NCBI RefSeq assembly: GCF_964194025.1 | Contig: NC_134471.1 | Location: forward strand, 62,248,001 to 62,312,000 | DNA: 64,000 nucleotides | Origin: Convolutriloba macropyga | Taxonomy: Eukaryota | Direction of reading: 5' to 3' | Shown here: one piece after another, positions 24,020 to 35,467 of the stretch | How positions within the stretch are numbered: position 1 is the stretch's first letter | Layout: every line of letters begins with the position of its first letter | Notes under the pieces: generated by a model | What the model was told of the DNA's origin: nothing | Databases searched by the model: none | Seen by the model: the letters and a program-made list of their open reading frames with translations, nothing else | Made by a program: the position numbers and the translations under genes

Positions 24020-26160
24020 GAACCGAGCAATTTGGGAGCCCAAGCCTGATTGTCAAAAAACTGTTGTCAGAGTACCTGACCAAATACCCTTGATCATGTT
24101 ATATCGTCCGCTGAAATTCGTGTGAACAAAAAAATGAACGCATTTGACAATCTAATCATTCCCTAATTTGCTTATCGATAAGTAATTGGAAACTTAGCAA
24201 ATTCAAGCGACAAATATTTCAGGGGGAACTGGAAATTCTTTAGGCCTGACTTATATCTTAATTCGCTGTTGAGTACTTTCAGTATAGAGCAAACTTTGGG
24301 CGTGGATAAGGCCTGGAATGACTCTCTGGCTGCAGAGGAAAATATATTGAATATTCATTCTTCTCTTCAAGCCAAGATCTTCTTTGAACATAAACGCCCG
24401 TCTTATGACAACGAATTGTCATTCTTGAAAAAGAAGAAAAGGAAATGCGAGCAATTATACGGAAAGACCTGAAGCGTTGATTTTGAAGCCGATTTTGAAT
24501 TGAATGCCAAAAATTATTTTTATAAATTTTTTGGAAAAATTGAGTTGTTTATCAACAATGTCTTGTATTGGAAATGTACACATCAAAAATTTCCGCTACT
24601 GAAATCCCTACGTGGTAAAGACAAGCAGATACGAACGAAAATGTGAAAAAAATTTTTGACACAGATATTAATAAGTTCTTTCGAAATTTGGGAGTATTAT
24701 TGCATCAATTTAGGCAGCTTAGTGTCCAGAGATCGTCCCGTTGACAAATAAGCAATTATGCGCTTTCACTCCGTTATCCGTGATTGTTTCGAAGTAGCTG
24801 CTTACAGATTCAACGACTAGTAAATCATTGATAGAGAACATACTGAAATAGTCACCAAAATTTTGTCCTAATGAATTCCTCTAAGTAGTTTTGAAGCAGT
24901 TTTTCTCAAAGTGCCTAGAGAAAGTTTTAATCTACAAAAAGCGCCCTTCTAAAAGTTACCAACGAAATGTTACCTAATATAGAGATAAAAACAGCACTTT
25001 TTTACATTGGACTGGATCTATCGGCAGCCTTTAATAGACTGGATCATAATATACTTCTATCAATTCTTGATGGTAATCTCGGATTCCGAGGTTCTGTTCT
25101 CTGTTTCCTATAAAGCTATCTCAGTTGCCGATGTCAGAATGTATTAATGAGGGATGTGTTGTCTTCGCAGCAGGAAATTAAAACTGGGGTATCACAAAGT
25201 TCGATTTCAGACCCCCTGATTTTCTCCTGTTATTTACTGCCACTAGAGCTCATATTTAAACAGTTGCAAATAAACTATCACTTCTATGCGGATGATACCG
25301 TTATTTATTTTGTCTATGAGGAAACGGTGACTCATGAGAAAATTGATTTGATTATTAACTCCTTGCAGAAATGGTTTCGTGGCGCCAAATCTAAATTAAA
25401 TACTAGTAAAGCAGATTCTATGAGAGTCGTGCGAAAAATTTCCTTCAATGCTGATCTAAGACTCTCTACGGATTCCAAACTTTCCGATCACGTGAAATTT
25501 CTTGGCTTCATTATTTGATGACAGACTTTTAGTAACAGAGCAAAACAATTCAGTTACTTCTGCCTGCTTCTATAGGCTACGCAAGATCAAGTTTATTGGA
25601 GACACAGTTAATAGGGATGTCCTAATAGAGATGGTACGGTTTATGAATATTTCGCGGCTTGACTACTGCGACTCACTTTGATATGGATTACCTGCTGTAA
25701 TTCATGCGAAATTACAACGGATGATGAATAGTGCATGCAGGCTGATAATTCGCCTGTCAGCCGGAACACCAACTTTAGGAATCTTCAAGCAGCTACACTG
25801 GTTGCCTGTGCAGAAACGTGTGCTGTTCAAATTTTTACTTTTTGGCCATCACATAATTCATCATCCTCAACGAGTTCCTGTATCTTAGCTCTCTTGTGTT
25901 TCGCAATGATAAAGTTACAAGATGCCAGTATGTATACGATCTTCAAAAATCTCTCCTTAAAACGAATTTTGGAAAAAGGTCTTTCAACCATGCAATTCCG
26001 CATGAATGAAACAGAATGCCATTTGAATTGAAGCTGATACCAGATCAGCGTACTTAAAAAAAACACTGAAGAATTTTTTCATTCTGCATGTTTTATGCTG
26101 CAGCACTTTTAACTATTAAATAGTGCCTAAACCTATAATAATTTTCATAATAAAAAATAA
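24020..26160 (+). mobile_element. 5'-truncated decayed L2-clade LINE (APE tail + RT + C-terminus)
   Basis: NTLDHVI (APE end, ~24083), LDLSAAF (~25010), GVSQSSISDPLIF...YADDT (25147-25518), SRLDYC..L.GLP and LHWLPV motifs, A-rich tail ~26148-26160. Confidence 0.85.
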
Positions 26161-26430
26161 TTGATCGAAAATAAAAATATCAAGAACTGAGGCGAAGTTT
26201 GAAAAGCCGATTGCCTTTTTGGTTTTGTCTAGGATAATGCTGCATTCAATCTGATTGAATGCTCCGTGTTCACATAATTAAAGATCCGGCGATGGATTGA
26301 CCAATGCAGCAATAGTGAAAAACTTTAACAACTGAAGTGGTCACCTTGTTTTCCTGTAGTGTAGCTTGCTGAAAATTGAAAAGGTTTTTTCAAATTTGAG
26401 TTAAATTTGAAATATTTTGAAATATAATAG

Positions 26431-26822
26431 AGCTGAGTTTTGGGAGATGAAATACCAACTTGAAAGAAAGACACGCTATAAAACGAAAATTTCAACTTTA
26501 CAGTTGAACAAAACCAGAGTAAGTTTAAGCCAGTTTTTGTAGGTTTTTTATCAAAAACTTGTTGATATGCATCTGCTACATCAAATCGAAACTGTATATT
26601 TACTCAGATGTCAAATTTTGTAGATAAAAATGCCGATATGTAAAAATTCGTTTTAAATTTCCATGAATAAGTGATTTTAGTGATTTGCATTATATTTTCT
26701 GGCTCTTCATTTTAGAATTTTGTATTGTTTATAAACTGATGATGAACTCACGGCTCGAAAAAGTTCTTAAGAAAATTTTAAATTGACAACCCTTTTTTAA
26801 ACCTTCATCAAATTTGTCATTT
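26431..26822 (+). repeat. Penelope 5' pLTR
   Basis: AGCT.AGTTTTGGGAGATGAAAT...TGACAA..TTTTTTAAACCTT, colinear with 29997-30388. Confidence 0.85.
26725..26790 (+). ncRNA. Degenerate type-I hammerhead ribozyme motif in 5' pLTR
   Basis: CTGATGA (26736-26742), short stem II, GAAA (26757-26760), imperfect stem III. Hammerheads are an established feature of PLE pLTRs. Stems here are imperfect. Confidence 0.5.
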
Positions 26823-26908
26823 AAAAAAGCCGGAGCTCAGGAAGGGGTCAAGTTGTATTTTATATGTCATTTTAGCTAGTTCAACAAGAAACATTTCCAG
26901 ATTGAAGA

Positions 26909-27505
26909 ATGGTGCTTATACTGGCGGCAAGTTTGCTTTTTCATGCATTAAAGCCTAAAAACAGCAAACATCGAAGACTGATACTCCCATTCGTGACTGC
27001 CATTCCGGATCTTTCGTTCAACCCAAATTCCAGAAACGGCAAAAAGAACATAAGAAACGCCTGGGAAAATGGTCACTTGAAGAACTACAGTGATTTCAAG
27101 ATTGGGCACGACACTTTGAACAACTCCATCACCCCTCACAAATGAACAAACGACAGTAGGCCGTGTTATGTAGTAGAGTTGGTTGCCTTTTTACAAGGTC
27201 ATTCGGACAGAATCAAGGCTACAGTTTACTGTCAAAGGTTTGGCGCAGAAAACATTCAAGAACAGCTGTTAAAATCGGGAATTTTAGTGATCCACTCAAC
27301 GAAGCATTTGGTTTCAAGACGGAAGCAAAAGAAAACAAATATCATCAGCAGATGTTTCCAACGAAATCAGGACCCCGAAATCGAGCCCAAATCACTGGGG
27401 TCAGTGTTAAAACATCAATCTAATCTAGGGAAACTGCTGAAAAAAAGAGGGGGAAAAGAAAACTGTGCAAAAATCAACGGGAGGCGAGGAAAAAGCAGAT
27501 TCTGA
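26909..27505 (+). pseudogene. Upstream accessory ORF of the Penelope-like element (~198 codons, one in-frame TGA), possibly SGNH-fold
   Basis: ORFs 26909-27145 and 27179-27505 are in the same frame, separated by a single TGA (27143-27145). The ORF lies between the pLTR and the RT ORF. Confidence 0.5.
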
Positions 27506-29996
27506 TTGGTAAGTGATAGCATCTCTTAGTGTTCGTCCAACAGAGGTCTTTCACAAACCTTCAGCTGTGCTTAAAATGCCGAAATGTTGGTTGAGAATGA
27601 TTCTACCAAAAATGAGACTGTTGGAAACCATACTTGGACTATGAAAGCAATATATGTAAGTATGAAAGTAGCAGATGCAGAACTAATTTTCTCAAAACTT
27701 GCTTTTGCACAGATATAATACCGGAATTTTTTGAGATTTCGTGTTCCGAAAACAGATGTTGTTTCGGATTAAGTGGTGCATAGTTTTCAATTAAAATTGT
27801 TAACGTCGGAAATATCCACGGCAGCTGACACGTATCAAAAATGTGACCAAAAGCGAGCTGCTGGTCGGAAAGTCCTCCTTAGGAAATTAGATAACCACCT
27901 ATTGCGCTCCGTGATTTTTGTTTTGCGCAACCGAGTTCGCAACCACGTTGTTAGTTCTGAACAAAGACCGCAGGAAAAGCTTGCCAAACTTTCGGAAAGG
28001 CAAGACAAGCCGCTAAGATCATCTAACGAGGAGATTGTAGTAGTTCTTGATAATATCATTTTGCCGGGATCCGTCAAGGATTGGCTCGCTTTTGGTCCAA
28101 AGTATCCAGTAAGGGACAAGTTTACAGAGTTTCAGTCTTGCCGGACATAGACAGTTTGATAAAGAATCTGCGTGAGAACAATGTACCAGGTTAAAAACTG
28201 TTCGAGATTGAAGCGGCAGAAAATAGTACTCAAAAAACTTTAAGAGAAACACCTTTAGATAGAGCATTAGCAAAAGTGCAAAAAAATCTGCGTGACAACC
28301 ACCTGATTGCTCTTCCTTTTGATAAAGGTGAAGGGTTTTGTGTTATGAAAAAGAGCACGGACGCAAAAAAACTAGAAAAAGTATTAGATTGCAAACAGTT
28401 CAGAAAACTTGAAAAGAGTTGCAATAATATCGTAATGAAAAACGAAAAAGAACTGAACAAAGAACTTTTGGACATGAGGAAAAAAGGGAAGATAGCTGTT
28501 AGGGTTTACGAAGCTTCAAGGTCCACTGGAGCACAACCGACAAGGTTGTATGGTTGAGCTAAGGTACACAAAAAAGAAACCCTCTTAGACCTGTTCTTTC
28601 TATCCAGGGAAGCTGTTACAATAAAGTTAACAACTTTCTAACACCCTATTTCCAAAAAATTGAATGAGGAAACATAGAAACTAACACAAATGACGCACGA
28701 AAAACACTGGAGCAAATAAAACTTGAAAAACACGAACAAATCCTATCATTAGATGTAAAAAGTTTATACACCAACGTTCCCGTAAAAGAAGCCATTAACA
28801 TTGCCCTGCCATTGCCTTATGCTAGGGACGATGAACCAGACATACCTAGAACAAGGATGAAATGTCAGCTCGAATTAGCTGTCACAAACGTCCATTTCAA
28901 ATGCATTGAAAGTTGGTAATGCGGGTTGGCAAGACGTGTTAACAATGGGCGCACCCTTGGCTGTGATTTTGGCTAACCTTTAGATGAAATCGTGGGACAC
29001 ACAATTGAAATTACAGACACCTAAATGTAAAACCAATTTAGCACTTGTCGCAATTGCAAACACCGTTTGACAGCACGTTCCAAGGTCGTTGAGTGTGAAA
29101 TTTGCAATAGACGGTTCCACGTAAAATATCAGCAAATAAATAACACAGAATATGATAGCCTAGAAAACTAGTTCTAGATGTGCTCATTCTGCCGTGAAAA
29201 TAATAAAAACTGACGTTAATCATTCGTCCGAAACCAACGTTTTTCTCGATATGTCGACGATATTGTGAGAACAGTTAGAGGTGACACAAAAGGTCTGTTA
29301 GATGAGGTCAATAACCTCCATTCTAATCTTCAATTTATGTTAGAAACAACGGATGACAAAAACAACTTACCATTACTGGACATGTCAATTAACTTAAAAC
29401 CCGAGGGGACAATTTTTTGCACATGGCTTTAAAAAGCATCAGATACTGGAACAATTCTGAACTCTCGTAGCGGTGCACCCCTTCAACATAAGAAAAGCAT
29501 AATACAGGGAACAATACACCGCCTGTTTCGAGACACCAGGAAATGGGAAGCGTTCCATGAAGCATTGACAAAAAATGAAGAAATTTGGTAACGTAATGAA
29601 TATTCGAGGCATTGGGTAGGGAATATTATCAAGGACACAATTAACGAGCTGCGAATGAAAGAAAGGGAAAGACATAACGCGTGTGTAGCCGTAATGCAGC
29701 AGAAAAATACTTAGAAACAACAATTTGTATTACAGTACAGAGGCAACATCTCTAAGTAATTTGTAAAAAAAATTGAACAAAATATACCCTGTACAGACAA
29801 TTTTCATTACTCGAAAATTTAAGAGCTGTTCACCTAGCCTTAAGTCCATCTTTGATAAAGACCTCGAATTCCACCAGGTGTTTGACCAGTGCGGCAACCA
29901 ATTTAAGTTAATGACACTGGAGGCGCTCGATATAAGAACACTGAAACCAGCCATCAACACGCGCGACGAATACCGAACACCAGAATTGACACTGAA

Positions 29997-30388
29997 AGCT
30001 TAGTTTTGGGAGATGAAATTCCAAATTGAAAGAAAGATACGTTATGAAACGAAAATTTCAACTTAACAGTTGAACAAAACCAGGGTAAGTTTAAGCCATT
30101 TTTTGTAGGTTTTTTAATAAAAAACTTGTTGATATGCATCTGCTACATCAAATCAAAAATATATATTTACTCAGATGTAAAATTTTGTAGATACAACTGT
30201 AAATATGTAGAAATGCGTCTTAAATTTCCATGAAAAAGTCATTTTAGTGATTTGCATTAAGTTTTCTGGCTTTTCATTTTAGCATTTTGTGTTGTTTATA
30301 ACCTGATGATGGACTCAGTGTTCGAGAAAATTCGGAAGAAAGTTTTGAACTGACAATCTTTTTTAAACCTTAACAAAGTTTTCCTTTT
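29997..30388 (+). repeat. Penelope 3' pLTR
   Basis: Begins at the ORF stop region; diverged copy of 26431-26822. Confidence 0.85.
30291..30358 (+). ncRNA. Degenerate hammerhead motif in 3' pLTR
   Basis: CTGATGA (30303-30309), stem II GGAC/GTTC, GAAA mutated to GAGA; homologous position to the 5' copy. Confidence 0.4.
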
Positions 30389-30559
30389 TCAACTGGTTTT
30401 TGGTTGTTATTTCCATTTATTTTTTGTGGTTATTGCTTCCTATTTTTTCTATTGTTTTTTTGTTCAATTAATTGAGAATTACAACTCCGGTGAGCCGACT
30501 TTGACTTGAGTGCTGTGGTTCATGCAGGACTTTAGGAAAAAAAGTACAGAAACCGTGTA

Positions 30560-32436
30560 AATCAAAAGATGGAAGCTGAGTTCTAACGTGTAAATCTTTC
30601 TAAGACGCTTGCTTAAGGGTGTCTGATGATCTCTCGAAGAGTCTTGAGGGCCAAATAAGTCCCATTTTCAAAGACGGTAACAAATCAGATGTAACTTTCT
30701 ACCAAACCATAAGTCTTTTAAACTGCATGTCCAAGGTAGTCGAGAAAATTATTATTGATGAAATATACAAACTAGTAAGACACAGACTCTGGGAAAATCA
30801 ATTTGGCTTCAGAAAAAATAGATCAGCAACTTTGCAGTTACTATTATCTCCCGACACAGTGTACAAAAAGTTTGATAATGAAGCGATCAAATAACTAAGC
30901 ATCTTCTATCTTGACTTTGCAAAAATTTTTGACACTGTACTACATAATATTCTGATACAAAAGCTTTATAACATTGGCGTTGAAGGGAAGTTATTTCAAT
31001 TGTTATCGTCCCTTCTAGCGAATTGCAAACAATATGTGAAAATCAACTATGAGGTATCTGATTTGATAGAAGCCTCCTGTGGTGTCCCAGAGGGTTCTAT
31101 ATTAGGACCTCTTTTCTTCGTTATTTTCATCAACGACTTATCTGAACACCTAACTGAAGTAATTTGCTCTGGCTTTGCTAATGATATGAAACTGATAAGT
31201 GAGAAGCAATGCAATACTGAATCCGCAGTTTCTAGTTTGTCAACTTGATGCGAAGAAAAAAAAATGAGACTAAATTATAACAAAACTTACCTCCTGAACA
31301 TCAAGGGAAATATAACGGCGGCTATTGACAACCCTAAGCTAGATCAAGTAAAAAGTCGGCGAGACCTTAAGCTCCAAGTTTCAGAAAACCTCAATTGGAA
31401 TGAAAACTGCCTCTTTAAAAACGAAAAGGTTTATGTGCTTTTTCAAGCTTAAAAGAAATATTTCTGTGTTGACAAAAATCTAAACTGAACGATCATTTAG
31501 GTTATGTTGTACCGATAGTTACTTATTGCTCACAGGCATGGTTTCCGAATGAGTCGCAAATGAAAGAAATTAAAAAGTTACAAAAAATTGCCACAAAACG
31601 GATTTTGCTGATGTTATGAAACTGATAAGTGAGAAGCAATGCAATACTGAAACCGCAATTTCTAGTTTGCAACTTGGTGCAAAGAAAATTAAATGAGACA
31701 ATTTTAACGAAACTCACCTCCTGAACATTATGGGAAATATAACGGAGGCTATTGACAACCCTAAGCTAGATCAAGTAAAAAGTCAGCGAGACCTTGGGCT
31801 CCAAGTTTCAGAAAACCTAAATTGGAATGAAAACTGCTCCTTTAAAAACGAAAAGGTTTATGTGCTTTTTCAAGCTTAAAAGAAATATTTCTGTGTTGAA
31901 AAATATCTAAACTGAACTATTATTTAGGTTATGTTGTACCGATAGTTACTTATTGCTCACAGGCATGGTTTCCGAATGAGTCGCAAATGAAAGAAATTGA
32001 AAAGTTACAAAAAATTGCCACAAAACGGATTTTGAGCGAAAAGCAGAGCTATAAACAGCGACTTGTTACCTTGAATTTGTTGCCTCTCAGGCTTTATATA
32101 GAAATGCACAACTTATTATACCTTATTGCTTTAAAACAAGGTAAATACGACGTTGAACTATCGAACTTAGACAGTATTCAGGAAAGTACCACTCGTCAAC
32201 ATAGCCGAGGAGAACTACAAATAAACAAAAATCGATTAGTAAGAAGTTACGAAAATTTTTTCCATCGGAGAAAAATTCTCTACAATTTTTTGGCATTATT
32301 TCTGCAATCAGTACACAGAGGAAAACAAATGCACTTGGCTGATTGTATGCAAGTGTGGAATCTGCAACAATAATCAGAAACTTATGAATCTGGACAATTG
32401 AATGGGAGCAATACCCTAATCTACTACTACTAATAA
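30560..32436 (+). mobile_element. 5'-truncated CR1-group LINE (RT) with internal duplication
   Basis: PIFKDGNKSDVTFYQTISLLNCMSKVVEKII...QFGFR, YLDFAK.FD, GVPEGSILGPLFFVIFINDL, FANDMKL; tail CTACTACTACTAATAA at ~32421-32436. Confidence 0.85.
31174..32033. repeat. ~430-bp tandem duplication inside the CR1 LINE
   Basis: ATGAAACTGATAAGTGAGAAGCAATGCAATACTGA at ~31186 and ~31616, colinear through CAAAACGGATTTTG. Confidence 0.88.
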
Positions 32437-33121
32437 ATTTCCAATTTTAGACAACGATGTGGCTTAGCATTTGCACGAGGGTCTGAAAAACTACTAGCCG
32501 CTACACAAATTGGAAGACATGCCATTTGGCCTGCGGATATCAGGATGATAAGAACGATGTGCTGATGACGAATCAGACTAGTATAATTTAACTAGTGTTA
32601 TTAGAAGTTTCATTATTTTTTTCGGTCGTGATAGATTCATATGAAGCTGAGGACGCTGAGATATGGCCAAATTAGCTAGTAGTTATAGCCAATTAATGTT
32701 TTAAAGCTAAGAGACGCTTCTTTCCCCGCTTAGTGTGCGCTGGTAGTTATCATGAATTGTGGTCTTCGAGTACTTATATTTGCTTGAGTGTCGGCTAATT
32801 CGTATGTAAGGCCAATTGACCGGCCATGAATTACATCAACATTTTTTCTATACATTGACAGAATTAAAATCAACTTTTGATACCGGGGGCAAGAACCTTT
32901 CATTTAGCGAAGACTGCAAAAAGCGGCTGCACAATTAGTTCAACTATTGCTGACGCAGATGTGAGCATCTAAATGCTACTCATCTATGTGAGTCTTTCAG
33001 TGCGACTTACATGTCTCTCATATTTGCATGTCTGCTCTTACTCTATATATAGATGAGATTTCATTTTTTTACAATCCAAAGAATTTGGATTGTATTGGTG
33101 CGCTGTTTTAAGATGTCTTTA

Positions 33122-33331
33122 TAGGTGCTTCCCTCTCCACTTGTTAGTTATTTTGTGACTGGGCCGTCTTTACACTGTCTGGAGGGGAACAGCTTGGAGT
33201 GCAGCATCCGGCTACTCATCATCCCTTATGTTTCGACATACATCCATCGTTGCCGGATGGTGCACACGGTTCTTATATTTTACTTTAAGAAATAGATAGA
33301 AAGAAGATAAGAAAGTCAGAGAAAGAAGAAA
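33122..33331 (+). mobile_element. 5'-truncated copy (3' UTR + purine-rich tail) of the CRE-like element, with ~15-bp TSD
   Basis: Homologous to 38620-38837; flanked by TTTAAGATGTCTTTA (33107-33121) and TTTAAGATGTTTTTA (33332-33346). Confidence 0.75.
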
Positions 33332-34501
33332 TTTAAGATGTTTTTACATTTTTTTCGGATGACTTTTTAGCTTTCGAAACAGGATAAACTGGTTAAGCTC
33401 GGTTTGCATTAGGTTGCAATAGAGGGCCTAGGCGGACTTTAGTTGTCTTTTAAGTGTTTAATGTACAGAAGTTGCTAGCAGTGTCTCAGTTCAAGGTGAA
33501 AAGTCCCTCGGAGTTTTTGGCCACAAAATTGTCCTGTTTTTCATACTTTTTGTCTATTTTTGAGATTTTCCATAAACGAGTGTTCAATTGTCATTGGCTA
33601 AAGCTCCTAGTGGTCGTCTGCCAGCTAGAAAAGCTTTTCAACAATCTTTTTTGAGGTATCTGTTTTGGTAATCCGTACTTAATTACAAAAATTCAAATTT
33701 TATGGAATCTTTTTGGTTTTTTTTTCATGTTTTTCGATCTTTAGGAGCCAAAGAATCTTTAGAGCTTGAAGATGGGTTAACTGGTAGTCGTAGGTGACAA
33801 CAAATTAAATTTGATTTTTTAAATGTGAGTTTTTTGGTGTTTTTTGATCTTGAGAGGCCAATGAAGCTTTCTGTGGGCTCGAAGAAAGGATACTGGATAA
33901 TCTTTGTGGCTTTTTTGTTTTGAAGTTATGACTCTGTGAAACTTTAGCAAACTTTTATCAAACTTTTTCAATTTTTCATGTTTGTTAAAGATGGCTGTCA
34001 TTTGTGGAGTGTTTCGTTTTCTAAGGACCAATGAACTTTTTTTACGGGTTTTAAGATGATTACTTTTGTGACAACTAAATTGTTTCTAAAATATTAATCC
34101 GGGGAGTTTATGCAAATATTTACTAGAATTTGCTATTTTTGAAAGTTTGTCATTTGTTGGGTTGTTCGATCTTTAGGGGCCGGTGAATCTTCTCGAGGGC
34201 TTGAAGATGGGTTACTGAATAGTTTTTTGTGACAACTGAAAACCTCAGAAAATATTAATGTGAGGAATTTTAGTAATTTTTCTTAAAAATTTGCCCTTTT
34301 TTCATGCTATTTAAACTTCATTCTCTTTTCAGTTTTTCAATCATGAAACTTTTCCAAGCTTGTTTCTGTGTTAGTTGATAAGTTTTTGGCGTAAATTTGG
34401 TTTTCTGAGGACATTGGCTTAAAAATTTTGACGACTTTTGTCATTATTACGAATTTTGACAATTTATTACGAATTTTGTCATTTTTTCCTCTCTTTTATG
34501 T
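33332..34501. repeat. ~1.17-kb direct repeat, left copy (X)
   Basis: Colinear with 38838-39997 from TTTAAGATGTTTTTAC to TTTTCCTCTCTTTTATGT. Confidence 0.9.
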
Positions 34502-34663
34502 CTAATTCAGCCTAATTGTTGTGATAAACTTATTAAATAGAACCTCCGAACAAATTTACCTCCGCTGTGTTTTCAAATACGTATGCGCGCTGGGCTGAAT
34601 CAAACCTACACCTCTCCAGGCCACCCCAGCCGTAGGCGAGTGAACCAATCTCCCACCCCGACT

Positions 34664-34888
34664 CATCACATCAAGTTGTATCATTCCAACTGATTTCGTT
34701 TTTAGAACAATATCTGGTGTTTTTGAATGTTAGTAGGCTCCGTGAATGGGATGTTTTGATGACAATCATCTTCCTTCATCACATCAGGTTGTGCCATTGT
34801 AACTGATTTCATTTTTAGAGCAATTTCTTGTTTTGATTGTTAGCAGGCTCCGTGAATGGGACGTTTTGACGCCAACCCTCTTCCCTCC
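34664..34888 (+). repeat. ~112-bp tandem repeat x2 in the 5' region of the CRE-like element
   Basis: TCATCACATCA.GTTGT...TGTTAG.AGGCTCCGTGAATGGGA.GTTTTGA is repeated. Confidence 0.85.
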
Positions 34889-35425
34889 AGCTGCTCGGAC
34901 TTGGTCTTGGGTACTTCTCGTACCAATTATATAGACGAGGGTCATGTACAAGGTTGTGTACACTACTATCGAGGCGCTAAACTGCTAGATCTTTGTGATG
35001 TTATCAATCAATACCCAAATCAGAAACTGAACACTGTTGTAGTAATTGCTGGCTTCAATGATCACCCAATTAGTTTTCAAACTTTCATAAAACATTGGAA
35101 ATTCCTCACTCAGCTCGTTTTTGTTCAATTTAGCCCAAATAATTTGATTGTTCCCAAAGTTATACCCACCAGCTTTAATCGCCTCATAAATAAGAAAATC
35201 AGTGCCCTTAACTACGTTTTGTATAATTATATTAATTCTTGTGCCTTAAAGCTGTTTATTGTTTCACCCTCATTTAAGAATGTTCTTGAACCTAACCTGT
35301 TCTGTAAAGACACCGTGCTTTTCTCCTTTCATGGAAACCATGTTTTAACTATTATTCTGTTTAACAATATTCAATACTTTAAATATCGTTGCTGCTATTA
35401 CTCTCCTGTAATTAACGTAATCTAG
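34856..35425 (+). CDS. SGNH/GDSL esterase-like ORF1 of the CRE-like element (189 aa)
   Basis: Block I LVLGTS, block II RGAK, block III VVVIAGFND, block V KDTVLF (DxxH with H->L, one base change CAT->CTT). Confidence 0.7.
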   Translation: MGRFDANPLPSSCSDLVLGTSRTNYIDEGHVQGCVHYYRGAKLLDLCDVINQYPNQKLNTVVVIAGFNDHPISFQTFIKHWKFLTQLVFVQFSPNNLIVPKVIPTSFNRLINKKISALNYVLYNYINSCALKLFIVSPSFKNVLEPNLFCKDTVLFSFHGNHVLTIILFNNIQYFKYRCCYYSPVINVI

Positions 35426-35467
35426 TCCTCCTCAGTGCAGCCTTCCCGACTCCTAGCCGGTAGCCTG

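Larger units (their letters stand above)
26431..30388 (+). mobile_element. Penelope-like retroelement (decayed) with direct terminal repeats (pLTRs)
   Basis: PLE-type RT motifs: PFDKGEGFCVM, PTRLYG.AKVHK, SLDVKSLYTNVP, MGAPLAVILANL, RYVDDI (29247-29264), LPLLDMSI. C-terminus KLMTLEALDIRTLKPAINTRDE (end of a GIY-YIG domain). ~390-bp direct repeats at both ends. Confidence 0.88.

Noticed and set aside
33122-34501. Ribozyme (hammerhead/HDV) in the CRE-associated repeats
   Set aside because: No CUGANGA...GAAA core or HDV nested pseudoknot could be identified by eye
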